A stretch of DNA of 64,000 bases, taken from NCBI GenBank assembly GCA_946965045.2, contig OX337236.1:1798001-1862000 (forward strand). Direction: 5' to 3'. The position numbers and the translations under genes are program-made. Numbering within the stretch: the stretch's first letter is position 1; the number at the start of each line of letters is the position of its first letter. Below are positions 33,801 to 43,973 of the stretch, piece after piece. The DNA comes from Epithemia pelagica. Lineage: Eukaryota; Protista; Bacillariophyta. Under the pieces are notes generated by a model. That model saw only the letters and a list, made by a program, of their open reading frames with translations. It was not told the origin of the DNA and made no database searches.

Positions 33801-35576
33801 GCGTGGCTAGCCAACAAAAGTGATTACTTTACGGCGGCTAGCGTCGCTTTAGATCTTTTGAAAGAGGATAAAACGCTTTTACATCTCTGGCGCAGCTTTG
33901 AAAAAATAGACAATGACGGTGAAATTCCTAAACCAGAAGGACTGTTGGATGGCGTCCGGCCTGTGGAAGATTCGGATGACAGGGATGTTGATTCAATTTT
34001 GGTTACCCTGGCCGACATGACTGTGGCTTGTCTTGTCAAAGGGGCCTTTGCAATGTCATCTACGCTACGCTCGTTTCTCGCCGAGGACCAACATTACGAT
34101 GCTAGCCGTGCCTCGATCATGCTAGCCGCCACTGCTGCTCGCATGCTTTCGGTAGACCCCGAAGTGGTGTCGGCGGCCATGGGTGAGGCATATGAACCAA
34201 GCGATACATCCACTCCCTTGGAATCGGACGTCGTGTGGCCTGTCCGCTGCCTCTTGCAAGTGGGCGTTTCAAGAGACAATCTCAAAGACACGTTAATGTT
34301 ATTGAACGCAACGATTCCGGATGAACTTCGTCACCGACGTCGTGGAAATGTCCCCACTTGGTCTATTCCGTCCATGAAACTCTGCGCTGACTTGGTTTCT
34401 CTCATTTTGAGCTCATCTCCCGATGCTGCTACATTGCTTCTCAATCTTGTCGATGAGCAATCTCGTGAGACATACTGGGAGTCACTGGAACACGAGACGC
34501 AGCTGGCTCTGGCTACGATCAAGGTGGACGGAAAGACGCCGCTGTTGCAAGAAGAGGAAGTACGGGAGTGGGTCTTGAAACAACTCCGGGATTCTGTCCG
34601 CGGGCCAGCCTCTGACAGCAAGAATTCTGAGAGGATTCCACATTCTTGGTTACGAGAGCTAGTTTGGGCTTGTCTCGAAAGTGGAGGATGCAATGTTGGT
34701 ATATTGAAAGGCAAAATGGTCGTACCACTTGACAATGATGATGACTATGGTGTTTTAAAGTTTAATCGATTCATACAAGGGGTGCGCGAAGAGTTATCCG
34801 TGTCAACTGGAATGTTCGGAATCGACTACGACATTGTGGTCTCCAGCTTGTTGCTTCTCGAAAGCCGAGGGGAGATGTGGTGTGAAGACGCGGCTTCCAA
34901 GGTTAAGACGCAGGAACTCTTGAACGCCGCATGTTTCATGGCTGGTCGGCGTAGCAAAGTCGAACCTCGTTTCCCGCTTGACGGATCGACTTTGATGGGT
35001 CTTTGTCATCTTTCTGGAAACATCCCAGCAGGAGCCAATCTAGTTGGTGGAGAAACTGGACTAGTTCTGGAGTGTACCTATGTGTTGGTGCGTGGTATTG
35101 GACTTGATGTCGACGCAGCGGAGCGGGCTCTGTCAGCAGATGCGGTTGTTAACGAGGCGCAAAGAAAAGACGAAGAGAAGAAATTTAAGATTACGGATCT
35201 GCATCGACAGTTATTGGTCCTCCTGGAACAACATGTGTTGGGAATCCGAAAGTACGGAGACTTCCGATCGACACGCCGTGGGCACATCGACCCAGTTTTC
35301 GCAGCCAGGATATGCTTACGCGCATGGTTGCACCTCAACCAAGGAACACGCGGAGCTTCTGAATGGATTGTGGATTGGCTCATGAAACGCCTTGAAATTT
35401 CTGATGAGTCTGAAAGCCCACACAGACTGGCCTGTGCGGCATTCGTCCGAGCGCTCGTTTGGCCTTCAGCAGAAGAAACTCCAGATATCTGTTTGGCTGG
35501 ACAACTAGGGTTTCCCGATTTGTTCGTCATCCAGCTTTCTCATGCCTGCTGTGGCCTTGTAGAAGCCGTGCCGTGA
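30852..35576 (+). CDS. Large hypothetical protein (1574 aa)
   Basis: Single uninterrupted ORF; beta-rich N-terminal half and helical C-terminal half; no family recognised. Confidence 0.75.
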   Translation: MEDDDGNDEYASSTLGLSPSGSGDQHGSHEAPWQLEWKCPRWSVVTESVDKTPDKAAQQPHALCHTSAALSIQEDLMDTEGLKSLGIEKQSHDSFILTVTLLVDKNTANTTKGTTSRKRRRQSTTPQRSITYADSMRMELVRHRPKDNSSESSSSTPEQVYSRLFRWPESALFEEEDDDEEDTKSNDDDLEAENLPEGDENDDDDDETSDTAKQTSKQTGLFGFAAWGNKKEQSTPEAPWKPKTSGLISACLCRLPKPDPYADVADAMDVVNLLSLGGLMSSFPNAAAEEEESTEIPSVEDPGNESTTGARVLFDETANTTHPDQDDRAHSRLVLCCLHSRGKVYVYSPKELFEDSSSSSSHSSKPKDELEDVDGEMASLFLGGAMVQTLQTSYLPLTRPSHVIRLTVPLRRSRKLVNPHTQTFDTASTQQLLDSAVWDNTVDGPSLQFRTKDNIPCLLTHACDLLCVAGPGRRVQKRMDGGTAGKSMEFLPEDAAANDHGSGTFFSSASGRTGTGTHVSAASAAIAALRLPPSGPRAGGFVSFLSLRKFAPLRTVYLPFVPYRISPMTWGCITFLLVIGEGGTDKNQTVAVAIRMDDDTNSRYHVYPRTATRSTIVQVGQAPPQSLADAINNALEREMMADSGPPNPGSSGDEKKFVSIRRFQILPIALTGIDDVPNLVVGSTPTSVPPTLACLFVDNHAAQLEVTQRSLVCINQVASVDYATGAAAHPLFQTYVTERNRDGSEDHSRYLTRIETHWDRRHRGRILLTDEITSNDTLWCHQGQGWCLVGGSRMAYFISWEGSTTIRGSHVMETCEVDEDSGQDLVSLIAPTEDDDLNNGHNTKLPFPRSEAEARERLSGLFPASRHDSTDSSARDEEDPFLMDAIESISCSSFRQTSSPSIHLPGISRSVNSFSHEEKSQRLLRRCSSWTALESLDTVEHGNVQTPVVSVRIGSKTFTLSLRASVVQEHYQRTSSSPFHEVLAWLANKSDYFTAASVALDLLKEDKTLLHLWRSFEKIDNDGEIPKPEGLLDGVRPVEDSDDRDVDSILVTLADMTVACLVKGAFAMSSTLRSFLAEDQHYDASRASIMLAATAARMLSVDPEVVSAAMGEAYEPSDTSTPLESDVVWPVRCLLQVGVSRDNLKDTLMLLNATIPDELRHRRRGNVPTWSIPSMKLCADLVSLILSSSPDAATLLLNLVDEQSRETYWESLEHETQLALATIKVDGKTPLLQEEEVREWVLKQLRDSVRGPASDSKNSERIPHSWLRELVWACLESGGCNVGILKGKMVVPLDNDDDYGVLKFNRFIQGVREELSVSTGMFGIDYDIVVSSLLLLESRGEMWCEDAASKVKTQELLNAACFMAGRRSKVEPRFPLDGSTLMGLCHLSGNIPAGANLVGGETGLVLECTYVLVRGIGLDVDAAERALSADAVVNEAQRKDEEKKFKITDLHRQLLVLLEQHVLGIRKYGDFRSTRRGHIDPVFAARICLRAWLHLNQGTRGASEWIVDWLMKRLEISDESESPHRLACAAFVRALVWPSAEETPDICLAGQLGFPDLFVIQLSHACCGLVEAVP

Positions 35577-35693
35577 CTGTGAAGAGGCATTGGATATCTC
35601 GATACGCAAGGTCCAATGTTTTCAGCATTGCTACTTGTTGCTTTTCGCCCACATGTTCACATCTTTATTCCACCATCCAAAGAAAGCATTTTC

Positions 35694-38600
35694 TTAGCTT
35701 GGTACCCGTGGTCGATCCAGAAGTTCACGACTTCGTTCAAATACTTGATGGAAATTCGAGGAGAAAGAGCGGGAGGCCCGCCGAACTGCTTCCAAACTTA
35801 CTTGCGGGGGTTTGTCTGTAATTGCACGTGTTTGGTTGAGTGCTTCACGAAACTTGAGTAAGACTGCATGAGACATCCGACTAAACGCTTCTAATGTTTT
35901 CATTGCAATAGGCTTTGCCCTCTCACCATGGGTATCATATAACGCTCGTCCAACCTTTGTGAGCACGCGGCCAGAATGTACTAGGCGTTGCAAGAGTTGC
36001 ATCGCGAGTTGGTGGACTCGTGGTTTAAGATTCTTCCAAAAGACTTTTCCTTCCCGAGTCACTTGTTCTAGCCGCAAAAGCAGAGAGCTCAGAACAACCT
36101 TTCCTTCACGGCCTGCTTGTTTAAGAAGATAAAATTCAGACGACATCTTATCCCATGATCGCACGACTTCACCAATCAATATCTTCTTGTACATCATCGG
36201 ATGTTTTAGAATGTTCAAGAGATGGAAAACAAATCGATTGGGGGTTTCATCTCTCGTAGCAAGGGCGTGACTTGGTTCACCAGGAAAATCTACAGCTTCT
36301 CCTCTGACGTCCCGATCATAACCCTCATTTTCCAGAACCGGTTCCGAGACGAACGAGTCCGAAATGGTTGGTTCAGAGCAATCAACGTCGACAATTACTG
36401 GCTGAAGCTCAACCGAATCGGCAGTCGTACTTTCGACAGAGACTTCCACGGGGACAGAGTCACTGAGATCCAAATCATACTGAGGTGGTTTTGGTGGTGG
36501 TACGTCTTGCTCAACAAATACAAGAGATCCCGAAGGTTCCGAAGGATCGCTGGCCGAACCCTCCATGGAGGAATACTGTTTCATTGCGACACCTACTGCA
36601 ATGGCCACGACTGCGACTCCCAAGGCTCCCAGGATAATGTACCGTCTCCGCCTTCGTTTTCGACTCTTGGCTTCCCCTTCACTAAAGCCCAGGGCAACAA
36701 TTGCCGGGCTGTCTCTCATGCGAGAAAGAATTGATTTCAACGGTTCTTCCTCTTCCTCTTCGAGGTCCGGAATAACGCTTTCACCCGTCGACTGTTGTTT
36801 GAGAGCTCTCTGTTCCAATACCCAATCGGCTGTGGTGCGCGACCGGACGGCGAAATCAAAGGGACTCGAAAACAACCGAATGTTTTGAGAGGGAGCGAGC
36901 AAGGATGCCACATGCGGACCTCCATAATACCGGACCGCCAATGGCAACAGCTTTCTCGGTGGTACACGGCGCATAAAGTCTAGCGCCAAATCAATAATCT
37001 CCTGAAAGGGCACCCGAGCCTGCGTCTCAGTCATACTTGCCACACACGTTGAAACGGACGACTGCGTTCCGTTCAGATCTTGCTTGTCGGAACTGACCAG
37101 TTCCGATTGAATTTTCTCAAAATCTCCCGCAATCCCCGCTTGTTCCAAAGAGTCATCCTCCTCTTCATCCTCAGCCTCACCGTCATCCGAAACATAACCG
37201 TCCCCGGGACGATACTTCCACCCGGTCATACTCGAATTCTTTGGCAAGTCGCGCAACGTTTGATGCACCGTCCCAAAGTCCGGATCGGATTGCAAAATAC
37301 CGAGCCGATTCACCGGGTGGAGCACCATTGCGACGGAAAGATAAATTGGCATCAAGGCATGAGATACCAAAAACACGTCAAACAGTCTCTTGACAAGTTC
37401 CGTATCTCGAACTTCGTGCGAGAACCAGGTAATCACCCATGAAAGGGCAAAGAATGGTTGCATATCAGCATCTCTCAAAAAATCGTGCACGTCCATATCC
37501 AATCTGGCAATCAGAGGAAACAAGGTCAATTCCATTGCCGTTTTCAATTCTTTAAAATCCGATTTCAAGAAATCACGGAGGTGGGATTGGGAAACTTGCA
37601 AAAGGACGCGAGCTGGCAGATCCAGGCCCATTGCAGCTGCCAATGATTTCATATCCGATGGGATACCATCCTTTCCAGTTTGTTGTGTTGTGCCACCTCC
37701 AAGTGTAGCCATAAAGATACAGGCAACATCATGGTATCCCTGATAATACCTTAATTTCTCTGGAGATGTCACTGGATAGGACTGCACCAAGGTGTAGTTG
37801 ATTAGATTTGCCAAGCGGCGCTGTTTCCGCCGTATCAGCCTCGCCACTTTGCGATTTCTCTTGTGCTCCATCTGAAGTCGTTGAATCCGTTGATCACCCT
37901 GTGGATTGGCTTGTGTGAGAGATGTTGTCGATAATGGTGCTCAAAAGTCCAACGGTCACAGACAAACTACATACCGTTAATAAATGCCAGGTACATCGTT
38001 GGACGTCCAGCTCAATTTGACGAGAATCGAGGCTGCTCGCCAGCACTGGAAGATTGTGGCGGCGTGAACCGGTCCCCGGCATGCCACCCACATTGGTAAC
38101 CGAAGCGGTGGTCGACGAGGAAATGGAAATGTCGTCGCGATGCAAATTTTGTCGTTGCGAGGTTGTCATGACGGTTTGAAAATAGGCACCGAGTTGAGGT
38201 CGACGACCAGGTCGATTGGAAGACACAGAAGCCACGGAAGATACCGAAGCAATGTGATTGTCCGGACCTTGTCGAAGCAAGGGTTGAGATGCCTCCGAGG
38301 CATCGTCCGTTCCGCCATCGGGAACCGCGGCTGTCGAACTGACCGACACATCATCGACAGCGCCAGAAGTACTGGCGACACCGGAAGTACTGGCTACTTC
38401 CGATGCGTCGGCGGCATCGTCGCTGGCATGATTCGCAGGGGGTGCCGACGGCCGATCTTTGGTATCGGCCGCTTGCTGCTGCTGTGGATAGGTGGCCACA
38501 ACCGTGCAAAATTGATTCGAATCCTCGGAGGGATGAGATGTCTCCAAGACAGATACCAAACCTAAAAGTTTGGGCCAAACCCGCCGTCGTAAAGCGTCTG

Positions 38601-38833
38601 AACAAAACGGAACAGAAAAAATCAGTTTTGCGATCCACCCAATTGTTCTTCCGTCGAGACCAGAAATACAACTCGACAAACGCACCATTCACCAAGCCTC
38701 CTTCACTCAAGGCCAGCTCACGAAGTTTCCATAGATCCACTTGTGGTTCGGCCAAGACTTGCTCAATTTGTTCGGCCTTGCCGTCAGCGGCGGGTGGCGA
38801 AGACCGCCGGGACGGCGACGACAAAAATACCAT
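35694..38833 (-). CDS. TBC-domain RabGAP, TBC1D20/Gyp8-like; exons 38686..38833, 37975..38597, 35694..37898
   Basis: VDLWKLRELALSEGGLVN|DALRRRVWPKLLG, ELDVQRC, LRYYQGYHDVACIF, FFALSWVITWFSHEV..RLFDVFL; TM YIILGALGVAVVAIAVGVAM; introns 38598-38685 and 37899-37974 keep frame. Confidence 0.85.
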
Positions 38834-39488
38834 GATGGTTCGAATGAGTCAGTGAATGTCAAAACACACAATGGTGGCGAATCGCCCAGTCGTTCACCAA
38901 TCAATGGATCAAGATCAAGAATCAGGAGTTGACATCCACACCCACAACTGCTCTTCTCCGCTCCACAAATGGTAGGAGTCTCTAGCAGATTAGCCGCCTA
39001 TTCTTTTGTAGTGTTGATGGAACGGAGACTGATTCATTTCCAGTCTTCTTCGGAGTTTGTTTCACAGCGCCGACAGTGACACTACTGATCGGTTGTAGGG
39101 AGGATCGCTTTTAGATAGTATTAAAACTATTTCTTTACTTGAACGCTCGAAAGTGGCATTGAGACCCATTTTTTCCGCTACAATTCGTTTACGCACGTTT
39201 TCTGGAAAAAGAAACAGACGGCGACAATTGAACCAAAGTACAAAGCGATCGCCAGCGGGTCCAATAGAAACTTGCGAAGAAGGCGAAAAGAATTTTTCAG
39301 GTCGCCCCGCGCAAAATGCGAGCGAGCCATGCCTAGTAAAATAACAGCCTTCCTCCAGTGGGGCGTTCGGTGGGGGAGAAGATAGAGTTTACCGTTTACA
39401 CTCTTACTATTTTTTTACAGAGTTCCATCTTTCATCCGACCTTCTCACACGTCGAATCCGGCCTGTAACAACAACAAGCACCAGAAAC

Positions 39489-40371
39489 ATGTCTGCACCA
39501 GAAGGAGAAGGTGGCCGCGGAGGCCGTGGTGGTTTTGGACGTGGTGAAGGCGGCCGCGGACGTGGTCGAGGCCGAGGACGAGGTGGCCGTGGAGGTCGGG
39601 GTCCTCGTGAAGAAGAAGTGAGTAGTGTTGGTTGCCTTGTGTTTGTTTGGAGGGCTTGACTTGTTTGTTGGATTCGAGAGACTCATTCATGATGTGTGTT
39701 TCTAGGTCTGGGTCCCCGTTACCAAGCTTGGTCGTCTTGTGAAGGAAGGAAAAATTGGATCCATTGAAGAAATTTTCCTCTTTTCTCTTCCTGTCAAGGA
39801 GGCCGAAATCATTGATTACTTTTTGAAGGACAAGCTTCAGGATGAAGTCATGAAGATCATGCCTGTGCAAAAGCAGTCTTCGGCTGGTCAACGTACGAGG
39901 TTTAAGGCTTTTGTGGCTGTTGGAGACAGCAATGGACACATTGGTATGGGTGTCAAGTGCTCCTCCGAAGTCGCCAATGCCATTCGGGGTGCCATTACGT
40001 CGGCCAAGTTGAATGTGTGCCCCGTCCGTCGTGGATACTGGGGACGTATTTCTGGTCTTCCCCATACCGTGCCCATGAAAGTCACGGGAAAATGCGGTTC
40101 GGTCAGTGTCCGTCTCATTCCGGCTCCTCGTGGTACGGGATTGGTGTCCTCTCCGGCTGGTAAGAAGCTGATGCACATGGCTGGAGTCAAGGATTGCTAC
40201 AGCAGTTCTCAAGGTCACACCCGTACCATGGGTAACTACATTATGGCCATTTTCTACGCTCTCCGTAACACGTATGGCTACTTGTCGCCGGAACTTTGGA
40301 AGGACAATCCGATTTTGCCCTCTCCCTACCAGGAGCACACGGACTTTTTGGCCAAGAAGCAAATCAAGTAA
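39489..40371 (+). CDS. RPS2: 40S ribosomal protein S2 (uS5); exons 39489..39617 and 39706..40371
   Basis: RGG-rich N-terminus, then [16 protein letters not shown]...[14 protein letters not shown]. Confidence 0.98.
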
Positions 40372-40754
40372 ACAAACAGTTCCGGCAGTGACTTGGGTCC
40401 ACGGGTATCACCTTTCGGTCCGACAGTGGAGAACGGTTGTTGGATTGGCTCTTGGATAATGGGATGCATGGAAGCGTAGAAGGAACGCGGAGCAGCGTAG
40501 GTTGCCGCCCGCTCATTGACCAAGGGTTAATTTCTAATCACTGCGGAAGTTCCTTGTTATTGACTTTTACGACTGTTGGACATTTTGATTTTAGGGACGA
40601 CTTGATCCTCGATGTTTATCCTTAGTCCTCTCTAGGAGCACTACCTTATTAGGGTTTCTTTTTGAGCATTGGCGGATCAGTCGCATCTGCATCAGTCGGG
40701 CGGAATGAATGAGGCGTGGTCAGTGCTTAGGATCGCAACCTCTCCTGTTGGACG

Positions 40755-42200
40755 ATGGGTTTATTGCCATGGTCAAACCCCAGGACATCTTCTCCTTTGA
40801 TGGTGAATCTGACAACAAGCGATATCAAAGTTGCTTTGCTTGCCTCAGCTGCAACCAGTTTAGTTATTTGGGCTTGGTTCTCGACTCGTACAAACAACAG
40901 CCACCATGACGACGACGGCTCAACCACGAACCAACCGGTGACGGATTCGTCTTCCTGTTATGAAAAGCTCATCGGTAACACGCCGTTGGTTCGATTGGAC
41001 ACTTTATCCAAGCTTTTGAAACGCTCCATCTTTGTCAAAATGGAAAGCTTGAATCCCGGTGGAACTGGCAAAGATCGAGCAGCCTGGAGCATGATCCGAG
41101 CGGCCGAGAAGGCACAACAACTTCCACCACCCACCTACTCAAAGCAATCGTCGGCTCCTGACATGTCGAGTGATGGAACACAGTCTCTTCGTACGGCAGC
41201 AGACACTAGTGAAACTGGGTCGTCTAAGAAAGGGAGGGAACACAACGACAAAAAGGCCTACGACGATATCATTCAGGCAGCAGGACAGTCCTCCAGAACG
41301 GGTGGGATTGTAGTGGAAGGAACGTCTGGCTCGACTGGAATTTCCTTGTCGATTTTGGCAGCCAGTCATGGACACGGATGTATAGTAGTCTTGCCCGATG
41401 ATCAAGCCGTCGAAAAGCGAATGATCTTGCAAAGTTTGGGTACCCAAGTTCAGGTTGTTCCGACGGCCAGTATTTCCAATCCCCAGCATTACGTGAATAT
41501 TGCCCGTAACATTGCGGAGTGGGCCAGAACAGAGTGGGGATACCAGGCCGTGTTTATCGACCAATTCGAAAACACATCGAATTTTCAAATACACTTCGAA
41601 GAAACAGGCCGTGAAATATATCGACAATGCTCCTCTATTGATGCATTTGTCATGTCGGCCGGAACAGGAGGTACTATATCTGGAGTGGGGAAATATCTCA
41701 AAACAAAAACTAATGGACATGTACAGATTGTTTTGGTGGATCCTCCGGGAAGTTCATTGTACAACCGAATTGAACATGGCGTTGCGTACGCACCGCAACA
41801 AGCCGAACAGGGATTAAAACGTCACCGGTATGATACTGTAGCCGAAGGCATTGGTTTGGATCGCATCACACGAAATTTTGCTGTGGGAGAATCATGTGTG
41901 GATAAGGCAATACGAGTAGAGGATCAACAGGCTGTCGATATGGCTCATTGGTTGTTGGCGGCCGAGGGTTTGTTTGTTGGATCCAGTTCGTCCATGAATA
42001 TTGTGGGAGCGGTCGAAACGGCACTGAGTCTTCCACCTGGATCAAATGTTGTCACAGTAGTATGCGATAGTGGACAGCGACATTTAACAAGGTTTTGGAA
42101 TCGAGAGTTTTGCTTGTCATGGGGGTTGATATGGCCAGGAGATGAAAAAGATCGAATACCAGAGTGTCTTCGAACTGCCCTGAATGAGGACAGGAAGTAA
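40755..42200 (+). CDS. Cysteine synthase/CBS-family PLP enzyme (fungal Cys12/Mcy1-like)
   Basis: IGNTPLV, KMESLNPGGTGKDR (PLP Lys), EGTSGSTG, SAGTGGT, YDTVAEGIG, EGLFVGSSS, VCDSGQRH; N-terminal hydrophobic anchor. Confidence 0.88.
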   Translation: MGLLPWSNPRTSSPLMVNLTTSDIKVALLASAATSLVIWAWFSTRTNNSHHDDDGSTTNQPVTDSSSCYEKLIGNTPLVRLDTLSKLLKRSIFVKMESLNPGGTGKDRAAWSMIRAAEKAQQLPPPTYSKQSSAPDMSSDGTQSLRTAADTSETGSSKKGREHNDKKAYDDIIQAAGQSSRTGGIVVEGTSGSTGISLSILAASHGHGCIVVLPDDQAVEKRMILQSLGTQVQVVPTASISNPQHYVNIARNIAEWARTEWGYQAVFIDQFENTSNFQIHFEETGREIYRQCSSIDAFVMSAGTGGTISGVGKYLKTKTNGHVQIVLVDPPGSSLYNRIEHGVAYAPQQAEQGLKRHRYDTVAEGIGLDRITRNFAVGESCVDKAIRVEDQQAVDMAHWLLAAEGLFVGSSSSMNIVGAVETALSLPPGSNVVTVVCDSGQRHLTRFWNREFCLSWGLIWPGDEKDRIPECLRTALNEDRK

Positions 42201-42423
42201 ACTAAACTTGCTTTTCATCAGAAACACGTGGACTAGAAAAATATCACTCTACAACTGCTACCCTTGATTTTTTGCAACCTTCGTCACAGATCATGCTACA
42301 CGCTACATCTGACAGACAAAATAAAAAGAGAACACCCAGAACAGAAAGGTGATAGGAAGAAGCGAGTTGTGGTTGCTCCCATGGCACGTTGTTTTTCTTT
42401 AGATGTATTGTCGTCCATCGTTT

Positions 42424-43197
42424 TCAAAAGAACGCATCTTCATAGTCGGCTCCCATTTGGTCGTAACTATCATACTGGTCATTATCTCCAAATGTCTCAA
42501 CTTGAATGTTTCTCGCCTTTGCCTCGGCCGCTTTGTCCACCTTCTTCGACTTTTGTGCTTGCCCCTTGACTTTTCGTTTCGCTGCCTGCACTTTTTCATT
42601 CTTGATGAGATTGCAAACCTTTATGATATCCGATATCGCCGCATCATCCAACAGTGATTTGCTTTGTTCCAAGACTTCTTTTACAAACGCCGTTGCCAAG
42701 TGAATTTTGCCGTGCTTTTTGAAAGCATCACTAACACGATGCGCATGTTTCAAATGGTCCTTGACATCGGTGAGTACCAACTTGTCACCTGCATCCGCAC
42801 CCGCAGCGGCTCCGCGGTTTCCACCACCACCGCCACCAAACAAATCGTCTGTCAGGGCATTGTCCGCTTCTTCGATCTGTCGTTGTTTGAATGCTTTCAA
42901 TTCGGCTGGTGTCATGCTTGCTTCGGCTTCCGCCTCCACTTCCATGGCTTTTTTGGCAATCTCAATTTCTTCCAGTCGCTTCTTCTCCGCCTCTTTTTTG
43001 GCCGCCAAGGCCGTTCCCTTCTTCTTCAGATCGGCGTGTTGTTGGGCTTCACTTGCGGCCTTTTCTTTAAGCGTCAAATCTTCTTCTCCCTCAAAGGAAG
43101 GCAAGGCGTCCTCCACTTTTTTCAGTCCCAAGCGCGCGTCGAGTTCGTCGTCATCGGCGTCCCACTCATCGTCACTGTCGTCCCAATTGTCGGTCAT
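42424..43197 (-). CDS. EIF3J: Translation initiation factor eIF3 subunit J
   Basis: Acidic N-terminus DNWDDSDDEW, EEADNALTDDLFGG and C-terminal YEDAFF are typical of eIF3j/Hcr1. Confidence 0.85.
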   Translation of the reverse strand: MTDNWDDSDDEWDADDDELDARLGLKKVEDALPSFEGEEDLTLKEKAASEAQQHADLKKKGTALAAKKEAEKKRLEEIEIAKKAMEVEAEAEASMTPAELKAFKQRQIEEADNALTDDLFGGGGGGNRGAAAGADAGDKLVLTDVKDHLKHAHRVSDAFKKHGKIHLATAFVKEVLEQSKSLLDDAAISDIIKVCNLIKNEKVQAAKRKVKGQAQKSKKVDKAAEAKARNIQVETFGDNDQYDSYDQMGADYEDAFF

Positions 43198-43973
43198 GGT
43201 TGCTTCGTCTCAGTCTTCTCTGTCTGCCTCTTTCAGTAGTGTGCTTGTCTTCTCCTTTCTGCGTCTAGGTGGTCGAAGGTTATGCCCACGGCGGAAGAGA
43301 GACGATTGGCGTCTGGCCACGAGTGCGTGTTTGAGGTTTATCTTGTTGGTGGGTTTTGTTTTTCGGCCCCCCGCGTTATAAAAACCGACCGCTCTCCTGT
43401 CTACTGATATTTTTGGAAGGAAGACGCTTGGTATTCGATCGGCAGACTACCAACCCACTCGAAGTCGAAGGACCTCGATCTCTACTAGTAGAGGTTGGCA
43501 ATCGTTAATCCTTGGCAGAGTTAGAAAAGAAAATTCTTTCGAGCTCGGTCTTCCCATTCGAGTCCTATTTACTCTCTACCGTGCTCTCTAGGGAAGTTCC
43601 CTTGCGCGGCCATGGTCACTTTCCAAGTCCTGTGGCAGAAAACAAAGATGTTCTTGAGAAGGGAGATGGAGACACCAGCTTGTGGCATGACATGGTTAAC
43701 AGCCACAACAAACACTACTCCGTGATAGTGTGATAGTGATCGGGAGTCCTTTGCCGTTCGTCCCTTTTCTTTTTATTGACTCCAACTTCTCTACTACCTA
43801 CTCCTGGCTAGCTAGAGGAGTAGAGACTAGCGAAAGGAAAACAGCACTCTACCTAGCAAACAGGAGTCCTGTCCCGCGTGACTCGTGGACGAGAAGTTCG
43901 TCCGACTTCTCGTTTTTGTCGACAATTCGATATTTCTGTTGCAGTGACAACGAACTTTCAGTGTTGATTTACC

